This document shows positions 8,440 through 17,435 of a stretch of DNA of 26,660 bases, piece by piece. The translations under genes were made by a program, and so were the position numbers. How positions within the stretch are numbered: position 1 is the first letter of the stretch; each line of letters opens with the position of its first letter. This stretch comes from a virus (lineage: Duplodnaviria > Caudoviricetes). Under the pieces are notes generated by a model. It saw only the letters and a program-made list of their open reading frames with translations. It was not told where the DNA came from and searched no databases. The stretch covers positions 1-26,660 of the IMG/VR virus record IMGVR_UViG_3300032281_000213; one strand, written 5' to 3'.

Positions 8440-9371
8440 TATACTCCAAATCCAAACGCTCTTGCAAGCCCTGTTGCTGCATCGCGTGCGTTCTCATTTG
8501 CTTCTTGTGTGAGGTCGTACTTAGGGTCGTTCTTAGCCTTCATCAATAAATCATAGTATGATGGCTGTTTCCCTTTTCCATCTGGACCAGCATAGTTAAG
8601 ATATGACATTACAAATGGGTTATCCATCTTGACTGTCTTTGGGTCCATCTGCCATGTCTTTGCTAGCATGTTAATGACAGGAGAAGCAATATCGTATGTA
8701 GTTAAAGTTGGGTCTTTGTCAAAACGGTCTGCAAACTGTGGGTATTCTTTCTTAGCAATCTGCTGTAGTTCTACGTTGTAATCCTCTACAGTCTTGTTAC
8801 CCATTGCAATTTCTTTTGCTGCAATACGCATATCATTCTCAGTAACACCAAGAAGTTGGAATGCATCTACCAATCCACGAACCTTAGCAAAAGCATCAAG
8901 TGCTTTAGCACCTAACTTGGTTTGGTCCTTGAAGTCAATCTTTGAATAAACGAAGTTCTTTGCAAAGTCTGTAGGCTTAAAGAATGATGGGAACTCTTGA
9001 CGAGCAACAGATTCAACAATCTTCTTTTGTGCTTCTGCTGTTGCCCCAGGCTTAATTTGAGTACGTGCAGATGTAACAATCTTTTCGATTTGCTTGTTCT
9101 GCTCTGTCTCAAAAGCCTTCATGAAGTCTTTAATATCATCTGCACTTAACTTGCCCACAAAGTCAGCCTCTTTCATGGCTGCTTCAAGAAGCGCCTTGGC
9201 TGAGTTGTAAGTTAGTTTAGTAACAGATGTTTGAGTTGAAGACTGTGATGTATCTGATGGCTTGCCAGCATCATTGTTTTCTGCTAAAAGGCTAGCAAGA
9301 AATGGTGCAATACTGTTGAGGATAGCAGCATCTTGCGCATCCTGGTTAGGTGTTGCTGACTTTTCTGCCAT
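8439..9371 (-). CDS. Probable internal virion protein
   Basis: 310 aa, helical, TAATG-coupled at both ends, ending GLARAFGFGV. Confidence 0.5.
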   Translation of the reverse strand: MAEKSATPNQDAQDAAILNSIAPFLASLLAENNDAGKPSDTSQSSTQTSVTKLTYNSAKALLEAAMKEADFVGKLSADDIKDFMKAFETEQNKQIEKIVTSARTQIKPGATAEAQKKIVESVARQEFPSFFKPTDFAKNFVYSKIDFKDQTKLGAKALDAFAKVRGLVDAFQLLGVTENDMRIAAKEIAMGNKTVEDYNVELQQIAKKEYPQFADRFDKDPTLTTYDIASPVINMLAKTWQMDPKTVKMDNPFVMSYLNYAGPDGKGKQPSYYDLLMKAKNDPKYDLTQEANENARDAATGLARAFGFGV

Positions 9372-12300
9372 TAGTTAACCGCCTTCAAACTGTCGTTATC
9401 GAAGTAATTCTTAATTAGAGTCTCTAAGTTAGGGTCCCATTGCTTTACATACTGAGCAACCCATTGGTTGTAACCATCACGGATTACTGCCTTACGAGGG
9501 TCGTAATCTGGCAATGATTGATAGAATGTAACGAAGACATTTCGTGCCTTCATAAACAATTGAGTATCTTTCCAGAACTGATTATTCTGTTGCTTACCCA
9601 TAAACTTAGGGTCTTGAGTAATAAGAGTTAATGCTCGAGCATACTTGTAAGATGTATCTCCGCTAGCAGATAGTTGGTACTCGTCATACCATGCTTGGCT
9701 TTGATTCTTAAATGTAGACTCCACTAACTGCTCCAATGGAGCCTTTAGTTCTGGGTGAGCACGTAGTGTCTTACCATCAGTAATCTTAGCCTCTAGTGCA
9801 TCACGAACCAAGTTGTACTGGTCCCATGTACGCTGCTTCATGCGCTCGCGCTCAACTTCTTGTGGTGTTAACTTAAAGTCGTTAATATTTTTGCTGGTAC
9901 CAGGAAGTTTAAGGTTAGGATTACTTAAGATAGAAAGAATGTTATTTGACTGCTCTTCTGGGTTTCTACTAAGGTCAGCAGTCAATAGACTTACTAATCC
10001 AACATCACCCTTTTCAATTGCAGCAAGTTTGCCAACTAGGTCATCGTTATCTTTAAACACACGCTGATATGCTTCGTATGTTGCTGGAATACTAATATTC
10101 TTTGAAGAGCCAGTAAAAGTAATGCGGTCAAGCATAAACTTAGGACCCATAATAGCAAGCATCTCATCACCTGCAGCATCACGTGCCTGCTGTGTTCCGT
10201 AACCTAACTTATCATATTTATCAAGCAACTTGTAATACAAGTTAGTTGACATACGCATAGGATTAGTTTCTACCTTGAAAGGTACACCAGGCCCAACAAA
10301 ACCTGAAATAAATTTCTCAGTCCATAGAGCCTTTACTTGTCTTTCAATCTCTGTATCTGATGGGAACTTATCTGTAACTCCCATTTCTACCAACATTTTG
10401 TGGTAGTTATATACTGAACGCCATGATGCTAGGTAATCTGCTTTACCTGGGTTACCAGTTGCAGCGTTCCATAGCGAGTTAGCCCAAGGTGGAGTCAACT
10501 GCTTAGTTAAAGATGTAGGTGCTCCATATGGAAAGATAATATCAAAGTAGTTAGTTCCATTGATTGTTAATGCTTCCTTAATACCTTCTTCGGTACCAGG
10601 AAACTTCTGCATTACCTTACCAACAGATAGTGCTGTAATAAACGATGGAGATGGCTGGTTAAGTAAGAATCCAAGAGACTTTGAATTTAATGCAATACCC
10701 TCATCCATGTATCCAAGACCCATTTCTTTGGTTCCTGGAAGGATTAAGTGAGTCATATCTACTAGATTCTCGGTAGGGTTACCGTTCTCATCAACGCCAA
10801 AACTCTGGAATACTCGTCCATAGTTATATGCAAACTGTGTAGCACGAACTGGGTTCTTTGCTGCAAGTCGACCATAGCGGTAGAAAGCATTAACTGTTGC
10901 TGTTGGGAATGCTACGGCAAAGCGTGCATTATGCAGCAAACGGTTCTCACGTCGTACTGTATAAACAGTCTTCTCGAGTTCCTGAATTGCTTCACGACCA
11001 GAAGATTGACGAAGTGCGTTCCATTGTGCAGGTGTCATTTCAATACCTTGGGAAATTAAATACTCTGCTTTACGAGCCATTACATCTAGTGCAACGTTAT
11101 CAAAAAATGCGTTACGGATAGGGTTTTCAGCACTAGCCATCTTACGGAAAATTGCTGCACTAAAGTTATTAACAGCATTACTTAAATCAGCATATTTACC
11201 CACACCTAAGTTGGCTGAGCCATAGTTATAGTTACTTGGCACAATATCATAGAGTTCATCTACATAAGGAGCAAGCCATCCTTGTAGTTCTTGTCCTGTT
11301 ACTTCTCGTTGAAGTATTGCTGCACGCGCCTCATATGATGGGAATGTACGGTTAACTAGTGCAATCTTATCTGCAAGATATGAGTTAACCTCTTTAGGGT
11401 CAAATATATCAAATGCACGTAGGTATTGAATACCATCACTGCTAGATGCCCAGCGTTGCAGTTCACCAATTGGTGTATTGCCTAAAATTAAATCGATAAG
11501 TGGGTCTCCGCGCATTACGCGGTTAGCAATATATTCTAACTCACCAAAATATAGTGGGTCTGATACACGTACCACATCTAATGGGACTTTGCGTTCTATA
11601 AGAGATTTGCGCGTTCCAACAGATAGTTCACCTAAGAAGTTAATATCAGTTGTACGTGCGTTGCTTACTTCTGCGCGTATTGCTGCGCTAAAGTTTTTAT
11701 CTCCAGTTACGAATGAATCAATCGCCATGTACTGACCATTAACCATACGGTACTGTGATTCTCTAGAGTAATAACGCTTCTTAAACTTAGCATTCTTACC
11801 AAATACATCTGCTTGTTGCTTAAGCGCTGTACCTAATTCATTAAGAATATTGTCGATATTCTGGTATGCTGCAGCAACTGCGTTGTCAGCATCAAGGATG
11901 GCTTGCTTATTGCTTGCTAACTTATTAATAACGTTTCTGTAGTTAGCAAGTGCAGCCTTGGCTGATGCAATCTCTGCTTTCTTGCTTGAAGCAGTCGGTT
12001 TAGACTCTAGAAATGCAATGCGACGTTCTAGTGTTGTAACACCTGGGATTGCTTCTTTAACCCCTAGTGGCACTACAGCAGAGCGTAGGTCTAGTTCAAT
12101 CTCGTCTAGAATAGATTTGGCTGACTTGAGCGCTTCACGCGCTGCGTCTAAATGCTGCGCCTTAGTTGCAGGAGATGTATTGCCAGACAGCAAGTCTTCT
12201 AATGAAGCCTGTGCATTATCCTTAATGGCTGCTGCGCGAGCATACATTTGCTTCTTATCGAGAACTGCTTTGTTAACAGCAATGCGTTCTTTACGATTTG

Positions 12301-14401
12301 CAACGTTTGATATCTTCCCTCTACCCCAGTTGCCAAAGTTACGTGCAGCATTGCTGCCAATGCTTGCCATATCTTGCCATAAAAATTCCATACCTTGTGC
12401 AATAGTTGCACTAACAATAGGCTCACCAAGTGACTGCTTAACAATGTACATAGGGCGTACAAGTACGTCAAATGTCCATAGACGGTTAAGGTCACGGAAT
12501 ACTTGCTGACCAATGTTTGCTGTAGCGCGAGCGCCAGCCTTTAAAGCACTCTTTTCAGTTGTTGCAATGAATTGACTTTCGATTGCATCCCAAGGTGTAA
12601 AGCGATATGATTCAGTCATCTGACGAATAGTCTGTGGGTCTACCAGAATCTGGCTTCCATCATGACCAATACCAAAACCATTTTGCTTTACTGATTCAAT
12701 ACCACGGTTTACGTTACCACGGAATGAACGGATGTGTGCTGAAATCTCACGTTCATCGTAGATACCAGCCTTGTATGCAAGCATACGACCGATTGATTCA
12801 TCAATACTATCAAGTACTTCTACTTCATTCTTTCCAAGAGAATTCATATAGCGTGATTCAAACTCACGACGAACATCTCCTACTTTTGCAAATACTCCAG
12901 GAGCAATTTCAATATCCTTCGGTGCGTACTTTAGTCCTCCGTCTTTACCGAAAATTTTAGAGTCATTATTAAATAATTTAATATTATTTAAGAATGCATT
13001 AAGTTCTACGCGACCATCAAGTGGGCGTACACCAGAGAATGTAACAAAGCCTAGTGGCTTATATTCTGATTGGCGTGTGCCAAACTTTACTAGACGTACT
13101 GTTGCACGTCCAAAGCCCTTACCAATTTTAGTCTCAAAGATATCAGCAAACTTATCAAACTCGCGGTATGCTGCAACAGACTTAAACTGACGAATCTTTT
13201 CGCCTGCGCGAATTGCTGCAGACTTGCCAATAATTGGCTCCATTGGATTGTATAATTTACCACCAGAGGTTAGGTTATAGCCAGGGTCAAAGAATGCGTC
13301 ACGAATCTTTACAAATTGTGGCTCATTAGCAATAGCAGAATCAAATGCAGACTTTAAGCGTGAAACTGCTACTCCTGTTGGAACATACGTCTGACCTGTT
13401 TGCAAGAAATTATTCTGTAACTGAGATGATGTGCTTGACAAATCAAACAATTTATCTGGTGCAGTATTTGCAAGACGCTCAAGTGCAGCAGGGTTGCCTT
13501 TATCTGCAAGAAGTAAATCTTTAACTACATCAGCATCAGTTGTTTCATGAATAAGCGGAATAAGTTTTTCATTAGTGCTGTACTTAGATACAAGGTTGGT
13601 AATAGTTCCCCAGTCCTTGCTTTCTGCAAGTACAACTGCGTGGTTGCCCGATACTGTCTGAGAACCCATAACACCATTAGTCTTAGCGTACTGAATACCA
13701 TTGTTCATATCCGCTGCTAATTGGTCTACAGTCTTGTTCTTAGTATAAAGACCAGCCTTGCCAAATCCTATTTTACCACCAGCAACTGCAACTCGTCCAA
13801 CGCCACCTAGTACTGCGTTACCAACTGCAAAGTCAGTAAGACCAGTAAACCAGCGACCTACTGCATTATCTACAAAGTTTTGCTTTAGGCTTTGGTCATT
13901 CCATAAATCAATTTTATTAACATCTAGTCCGCCCATAGGAAGAACCATTGCTGCAATACCGCTAATAGGTGTCATATCTGACATTGTAAGTGCTTGACCT
14001 ACAGATACCTTAGCGCTGCGATTGTATGCAGCCTTTACATCGTCAAACTGAAAGCCTTCTTCGTATTGACCCTTCTTGTAAAGGGGAGACTGAAAGTCTG
14101 TAAGAAGTGCAGCAGTTGATACTGGACGAAAGATGTATGGTGATAGTACTTCTTGGTTAAGAGTAACAGCGCCCTGGAGTAATTTATCTCCAACACCCTT
14201 AACTACTTTCTTACCAATACCAAATCCAGGAACATTACTTGCCGCTGAATCGATACCACGCAGTGCGTCTTTTACAGTATTATGAAGAGTTTCTTCTTTT
14301 GCACGTTCTTCATCACTGAGGTAGTTTCCACCACCTGTAAGTCTCTTAAGAGCCGTAGGTACTGCAGCAATAGAGGTTGTGAAATCATTCCACCAAGCCA
14401 T
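9371..14401 (-). CDS. Large virion protein, probable DNA-ejection/internal core protein
   Basis: 1676 aa with RBS AGGAGGT. Helical with a central coiled coil and no tape-measure-type repeats seen. Size and context resemble podoviral ejection proteins. Confidence 0.55.
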   Translation of the reverse strand: MAWWNDFTTSIAAVPTALKRLTGGGNYLSDEERAKEETLHNTVKDALRGIDSAASNVPGFGIGKKVVKGVGDKLLQGAVTLNQEVLSPYIFRPVSTAALLTDFQSPLYKKGQYEEGFQFDDVKAAYNRSAKVSVGQALTMSDMTPISGIAAMVLPMGGLDVNKIDLWNDQSLKQNFVDNAVGRWFTGLTDFAVGNAVLGGVGRVAVAGGKIGFGKAGLYTKNKTVDQLAADMNNGIQYAKTNGVMGSQTVSGNHAVVLAESKDWGTITNLVSKYSTNEKLIPLIHETTDADVVKDLLLADKGNPAALERLANTAPDKLFDLSSTSSQLQNNFLQTGQTYVPTGVAVSRLKSAFDSAIANEPQFVKIRDAFFDPGYNLTSGGKLYNPMEPIIGKSAAIRAGEKIRQFKSVAAYREFDKFADIFETKIGKGFGRATVRLVKFGTRQSEYKPLGFVTFSGVRPLDGRVELNAFLNNIKLFNNDSKIFGKDGGLKYAPKDIEIAPGVFAKVGDVRREFESRYMNSLGKNEVEVLDSIDESIGRMLAYKAGIYDEREISAHIRSFRGNVNRGIESVKQNGFGIGHDGSQILVDPQTIRQMTESYRFTPWDAIESQFIATTEKSALKAGARATANIGQQVFRDLNRLWTFDVLVRPMYIVKQSLGEPIVSATIAQGMEFLWQDMASIGSNAARNFGNWGRGKISNVANRKERIAVNKAVLDKKQMYARAAAIKDNAQASLEDLLSGNTSPATKAQHLDAAREALKSAKSILDEIELDLRSAVVPLGVKEAIPGVTTLERRIAFLESKPTASSKKAEIASAKAALANYRNVINKLASNKQAILDADNAVAAAYQNIDNILNELGTALKQQADVFGKNAKFKKRYYSRESQYRMVNGQYMAIDSFVTGDKNFSAAIRAEVSNARTTDINFLGELSVGTRKSLIERKVPLDVVRVSDPLYFGELEYIANRVMRGDPLIDLILGNTPIGELQRWASSSDGIQYLRAFDIFDPKEVNSYLADKIALVNRTFPSYEARAAILQREVTGQELQGWLAPYVDELYDIVPSNYNYGSANLGVGKYADLSNAVNNFSAAIFRKMASAENPIRNAFFDNVALDVMARKAEYLISQGIEMTPAQWNALRQSSGREAIQELEKTVYTVRRENRLLHNARFAVAFPTATVNAFYRYGRLAAKNPVRATQFAYNYGRVFQSFGVDENGNPTENLVDMTHLILPGTKEMGLGYMDEGIALNSKSLGFLLNQPSPSFITALSVGKVMQKFPGTEEGIKEALTINGTNYFDIIFPYGAPTSLTKQLTPPWANSLWNAATGNPGKADYLASWRSVYNYHKMLVEMGVTDKFPSDTEIERQVKALWTEKFISGFVGPGVPFKVETNPMRMSTNLYYKLLDKYDKLGYGTQQARDAAGDEMLAIMGPKFMLDRITFTGSSKNISIPATYEAYQRVFKDNDDLVGKLAAIEKGDVGLVSLLTADLSRNPEEQSNNILSILSNPNLKLPGTSKNINDFKLTPQEVERERMKQRTWDQYNLVRDALEAKITDGKTLRAHPELKAPLEQLVESTFKNQSQAWYDEYQLSASGDTSYKYARALTLITQDPKFMGKQQNNQFWKDTQLFMKARNVFVTFYQSLPDYDPRKAVIRDGYNQWVAQYVKQWDPNLETLIKNYFDNDSLKAVN

Positions 14402-14410
14402 TGCTACCTC

Positions 14411-14620
14411 CTAGAAATCTCGTTTAATATAATTATATTCTCGTCCGCCTTTGACGTCTTCTCCAGTAACACCCATAATGAAAGCATCGCGGTCATCTAT
14501 TGACTTCCAAGGTATTAAAGCAAGTTCAAATACTATTCCTGCATTCTGGTAACCAAGTGAAGTTGCAAACTTGTCTACGTTATCAAAGAAACTGCCAGGC
14601 ATGAATGTTACATCTGCCAT
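14411..14620 (-). CDS. Hypothetical protein
   Basis: 69 aa, TAATG-coupled to the upstream gene. Confidence 0.65.
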   Translation of the reverse strand: MADVTFMPGSFFDNVDKFATSLGYQNAGIVFELALIPWKSIDDRDAFIMGVTGEDVKGGREYNYIKRDF

Positions 14621-15072
14621 TATTGTGCCATTAAGAAGTTAACGAAACGCTTAAATGAATCTGGTGCATCCTTAGACTGTGCAGCAATTACCAAATCTGG
14701 TAGATACTGCTTTGCAATCATTGCATTCTCGTCTGGACGAGTGTTATTCTGTAGGTTTTTAGGCAATGCTTCTGAACCAGCACCACGGCCAAAGTCTACT
14801 CCAGTAGACATCGGTGTCATTGGTTCAGTATCTTCATCAAATATTGTACCAAGTTCTGGAAAGTTTATACCACCATAAGGTGCTTCTGATGCTGAAACAT
14901 CTGATGCTTTAATAGATTTCACTGCTTGGTTACCTGTCACACGGTCTTGGTTGATTGCTTTATTTTGTCCATAAGCAAAGCCTGTATAGTCACCGCTTTG
15001 CCCAGCCCCACCTACGCCAGAGACATTAGCAGGATTATACTGGGGTCCTCCGTTTGGTCCACCACTTACCAT
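14620..15072 (-). CDS. Gly-rich hypothetical structural-operon protein
   Basis: 150 aa with RBS AGGAGG and a Gly/Pro-rich N-terminus. Confidence 0.7.
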   Translation of the reverse strand: MVSGGPNGGPQYNPANVSGVGGAGQSGDYTGFAYGQNKAINQDRVTGNQAVKSIKASDVSASEAPYGGINFPELGTIFDEDTEPMTPMSTGVDFGRGAGSEALPKNLQNNTRPDENAMIAKQYLPDLVIAAQSKDAPDSFKRFVNFLMAQ

Positions 15073-15081
15073 GATTGCCTC

Positions 15082-15648
15082 CTACTTAAATTGTTTAAAT
15101 GTATGAATTGGTTCAGAGCACATATTATCGTACTGAATCGCAATAGCAATTGCTTTACGAATCATTGTCTCTGCTTGATTAATTGTCTTTACTTTTTCCA
15201 CACCCAACGCTGCCAATGCACCGAGGGCAACATCGCCACCACTACCCATAACGTATACATTACGAACATCGGTATCCCAAGAGTAATCATCAGAAATCGA
15301 GAAAACTTGCCCCTTGATTGAGACGAGGAATCCACCTTCGTTTTGTGCAACATCGCCGTCCTCTTTCATATCAATACCTGCATCAACAAAGTTCTTACGC
15401 ATCTGCGGAATGAACTTCTGTGTCATATAAGTATTTAAATCTTCTTTTACAGTTGGCTTAGGTTGCACATAGCCATAATGTAATACGTTACTAGCGCGAG
15501 ATGAACCACATCCAGCAATTAATACACCATTATTTTCTACAATCTTTGGCGTCTTACTTACTTGAAAGCGTCCATGCTCATCGCTCAAACGGGAATCACA
15601 CCCTAATACCGACCATCCGTCACCCTGTATCGCTACTAGCGTAGTCAT
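15082..15648 (-). CDS. Ntn-hydrolase, HslV/proteasome beta-subunit-like peptidase
   Basis: M-T-T N-terminus (Thr nucleophile after Met removal), LGCDSR (Asp17-like), PKI (Lys33-like), IAGCG, VMGSGG and a C-terminal YD. This is the canonical T1 peptidase layout. Confidence 0.85.
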   Translation of the reverse strand: MTTLVAIQGDGWSVLGCDSRLSDEHGRFQVSKTPKIVENNGVLIAGCGSSRASNVLHYGYVQPKPTVKEDLNTYMTQKFIPQMRKNFVDAGIDMKEDGDVAQNEGGFLVSIKGQVFSISDDYSWDTDVRNVYVMGSGGDVALGALAALGVEKVKTINQAETMIRKAIAIAIQYDNMCSEPIHTFKQFK

Positions 15649-15649
15649 T

Positions 15650-17428
15650 TTATCCCCTAGTTGTTACTCGTCCCGAAGCCTTACCGCTACCACTGAGGGT
15701 AGATAAAATTGTTTGGATATCTGGTGCTGGTGTTGGTGCTGGCATACCCATTGGTGCTTCTGTTGGAAGGCCTCCTGCTGGAGCCGCGCCTGGAACAGGG
15801 GACGGCTGCTCAACAGGGGAAGGTGCAGCCCCAACAGGAGGAACTGGTTGCTCAGGAGCAAATGCTTCTGCAACAGCGTCTTCAAGAGTTGTACCCTTTT
15901 GACGAGCAGTAATAACTCCCGCAATCTTAGTTACGATAGATGCAGGGTCTCCGCCTGATGTAGCCATTGCTGGAATAGCCTGAGCCATTGCAGTAATGCC
16001 ACCAAGGAGTGATGCACGCATACTTTCAATTTCAATCTTTTCAAGTTCCTGTGTTACGTTAACTGTAAATGGCAGTTCACGCATAGCCATATCCTTAGAG
16101 ATAAGACCGCCACCTAAAGCCTGTAGCATAAAGATAAGTCCCTGTGCTGGGTTAAGACCAGCAAGCATACCATAACGTACATCTGCAGAGAAGTCGCCCT
16201 TGATATCTCTTGATGGCTTGTATGTAATCTCGTAAGGAGAACCAGAATCTACGCCACGAATGGTTTTTTCTTCTGGGTACATCTTCTCGTCAATTTCAAA
16301 GCACATGCTAATAACATCACGTAGTGATGATGCAAAGATTGCCTGTGCTGACTTGACCTGTGTATCAAATGCACCCATGAGTGCTTGTACGCCCTGACCA
16401 GTAACGATGCTAGCATCAATATTACCTGAACGTCCTTCTGGGTAACGAGTACCTGCGCGAAGTTCTTGGTTAAGAAGTTGAGATTCTGTGAACGCGCCTT
16501 GTGGAATGTTTAATTCGACACGTCGAACGCCAGCAGGGTTGGAGGTACGGATAACCGCATCTCCACCCAACTGGAGTTCTTGAACGTCTTGAGGTAGTAC
16601 AATTGGTGCTTGAACACTTTTCTCTGCTGCTTCCATTGCCAATAAGGCGAAACGGTTGCGGAGAAGTTGGATACCTAATACGTCGTCGAATTGTCCACGC
16701 AGTTCGCCATCAATAGACGGCTTACGCGCCACGACAACCATCATCTTACCAAGGGGGTTAGCCGCGTAAGATAAAACTAAATTCTTTTTGGTTGGTAAAT
16801 AGATTAATGATTGGTCCTTATCATAGTACCGAATCATCTCTACCTGTGAGTACAAGTCCTGCTTGTATCCATTAGCGCCAAGTAGTTCGCGCTCATACTC
16901 AGGGAACTGAGAAACCAGTTCTCCAAGTGTCATTATATATCTTTTAGCAAATGCAACGCAGCGTCCATAGCGGTCGAATTCTGGGTAAGCCCCAATCGGA
17001 TTTTCTATGCGGATACGCGGCATCTTTGCTTCTTCGTCCAACTCAATCATGAATGGAACGAAACCATATGTTAGATACCAGTCTGCACCTGAGTACATCT
17101 GTACTGATAGGTCAGAGTGTGAAAAGTAGTTTGATGCAATACGGGTACGCTTATCAGCGAAAGCACGTGCTTTGTCGCTGACAGAGTTAGCCGCTGAACA
17201 GTTTACTGCTGGGAGTGGAGCCATGACCTCGGATAGGTCGCGTGCTACAACATCAATGAAGTTAGCAACTACGTTAGCATCTACACCGTCTGGAAAGAAG
17301 TCAGGATAAACCTGTGAAATTTGACCCTTACGGACTGCAAGGACATCTTGGTTGCGAGCATCGCGCTCGCTATTACGGTAACGTAACGCTTCAACGCGTG
17401 CTGCTACCTGTTCCATCGATAATGCCAT
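15650..17428 (-). CDS. Portal protein
   Basis: Probable start MALSMEQ at 17428 (AGGA RBS), 592 aa, directly after the terminase, with a Pro/Ala-rich C-terminal tail. Confidence 0.85.
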   Translation of the reverse strand: MALSMEQVAARVEALRYRNSERDARNQDVLAVRKGQISQVYPDFFPDGVDANVVANFIDVVARDLSEVMAPLPAVNCSAANSVSDKARAFADKRTRIASNYFSHSDLSVQMYSGADWYLTYGFVPFMIELDEEAKMPRIRIENPIGAYPEFDRYGRCVAFAKRYIMTLGELVSQFPEYERELLGANGYKQDLYSQVEMIRYYDKDQSLIYLPTKKNLVLSYAANPLGKMMVVVARKPSIDGELRGQFDDVLGIQLLRNRFALLAMEAAEKSVQAPIVLPQDVQELQLGGDAVIRTSNPAGVRRVELNIPQGAFTESQLLNQELRAGTRYPEGRSGNIDASIVTGQGVQALMGAFDTQVKSAQAIFASSLRDVISMCFEIDEKMYPEEKTIRGVDSGSPYEITYKPSRDIKGDFSADVRYGMLAGLNPAQGLIFMLQALGGGLISKDMAMRELPFTVNVTQELEKIEIESMRASLLGGITAMAQAIPAMATSGGDPASIVTKIAGVITARQKGTTLEDAVAEAFAPEQPVPPVGAAPSPVEQPSPVPGAAPAGGLPTEAPMGMPAPTPAPDIQTILSTLSGSGKASGRVTTRG

Positions 17429-17435
17429 TGTTATC

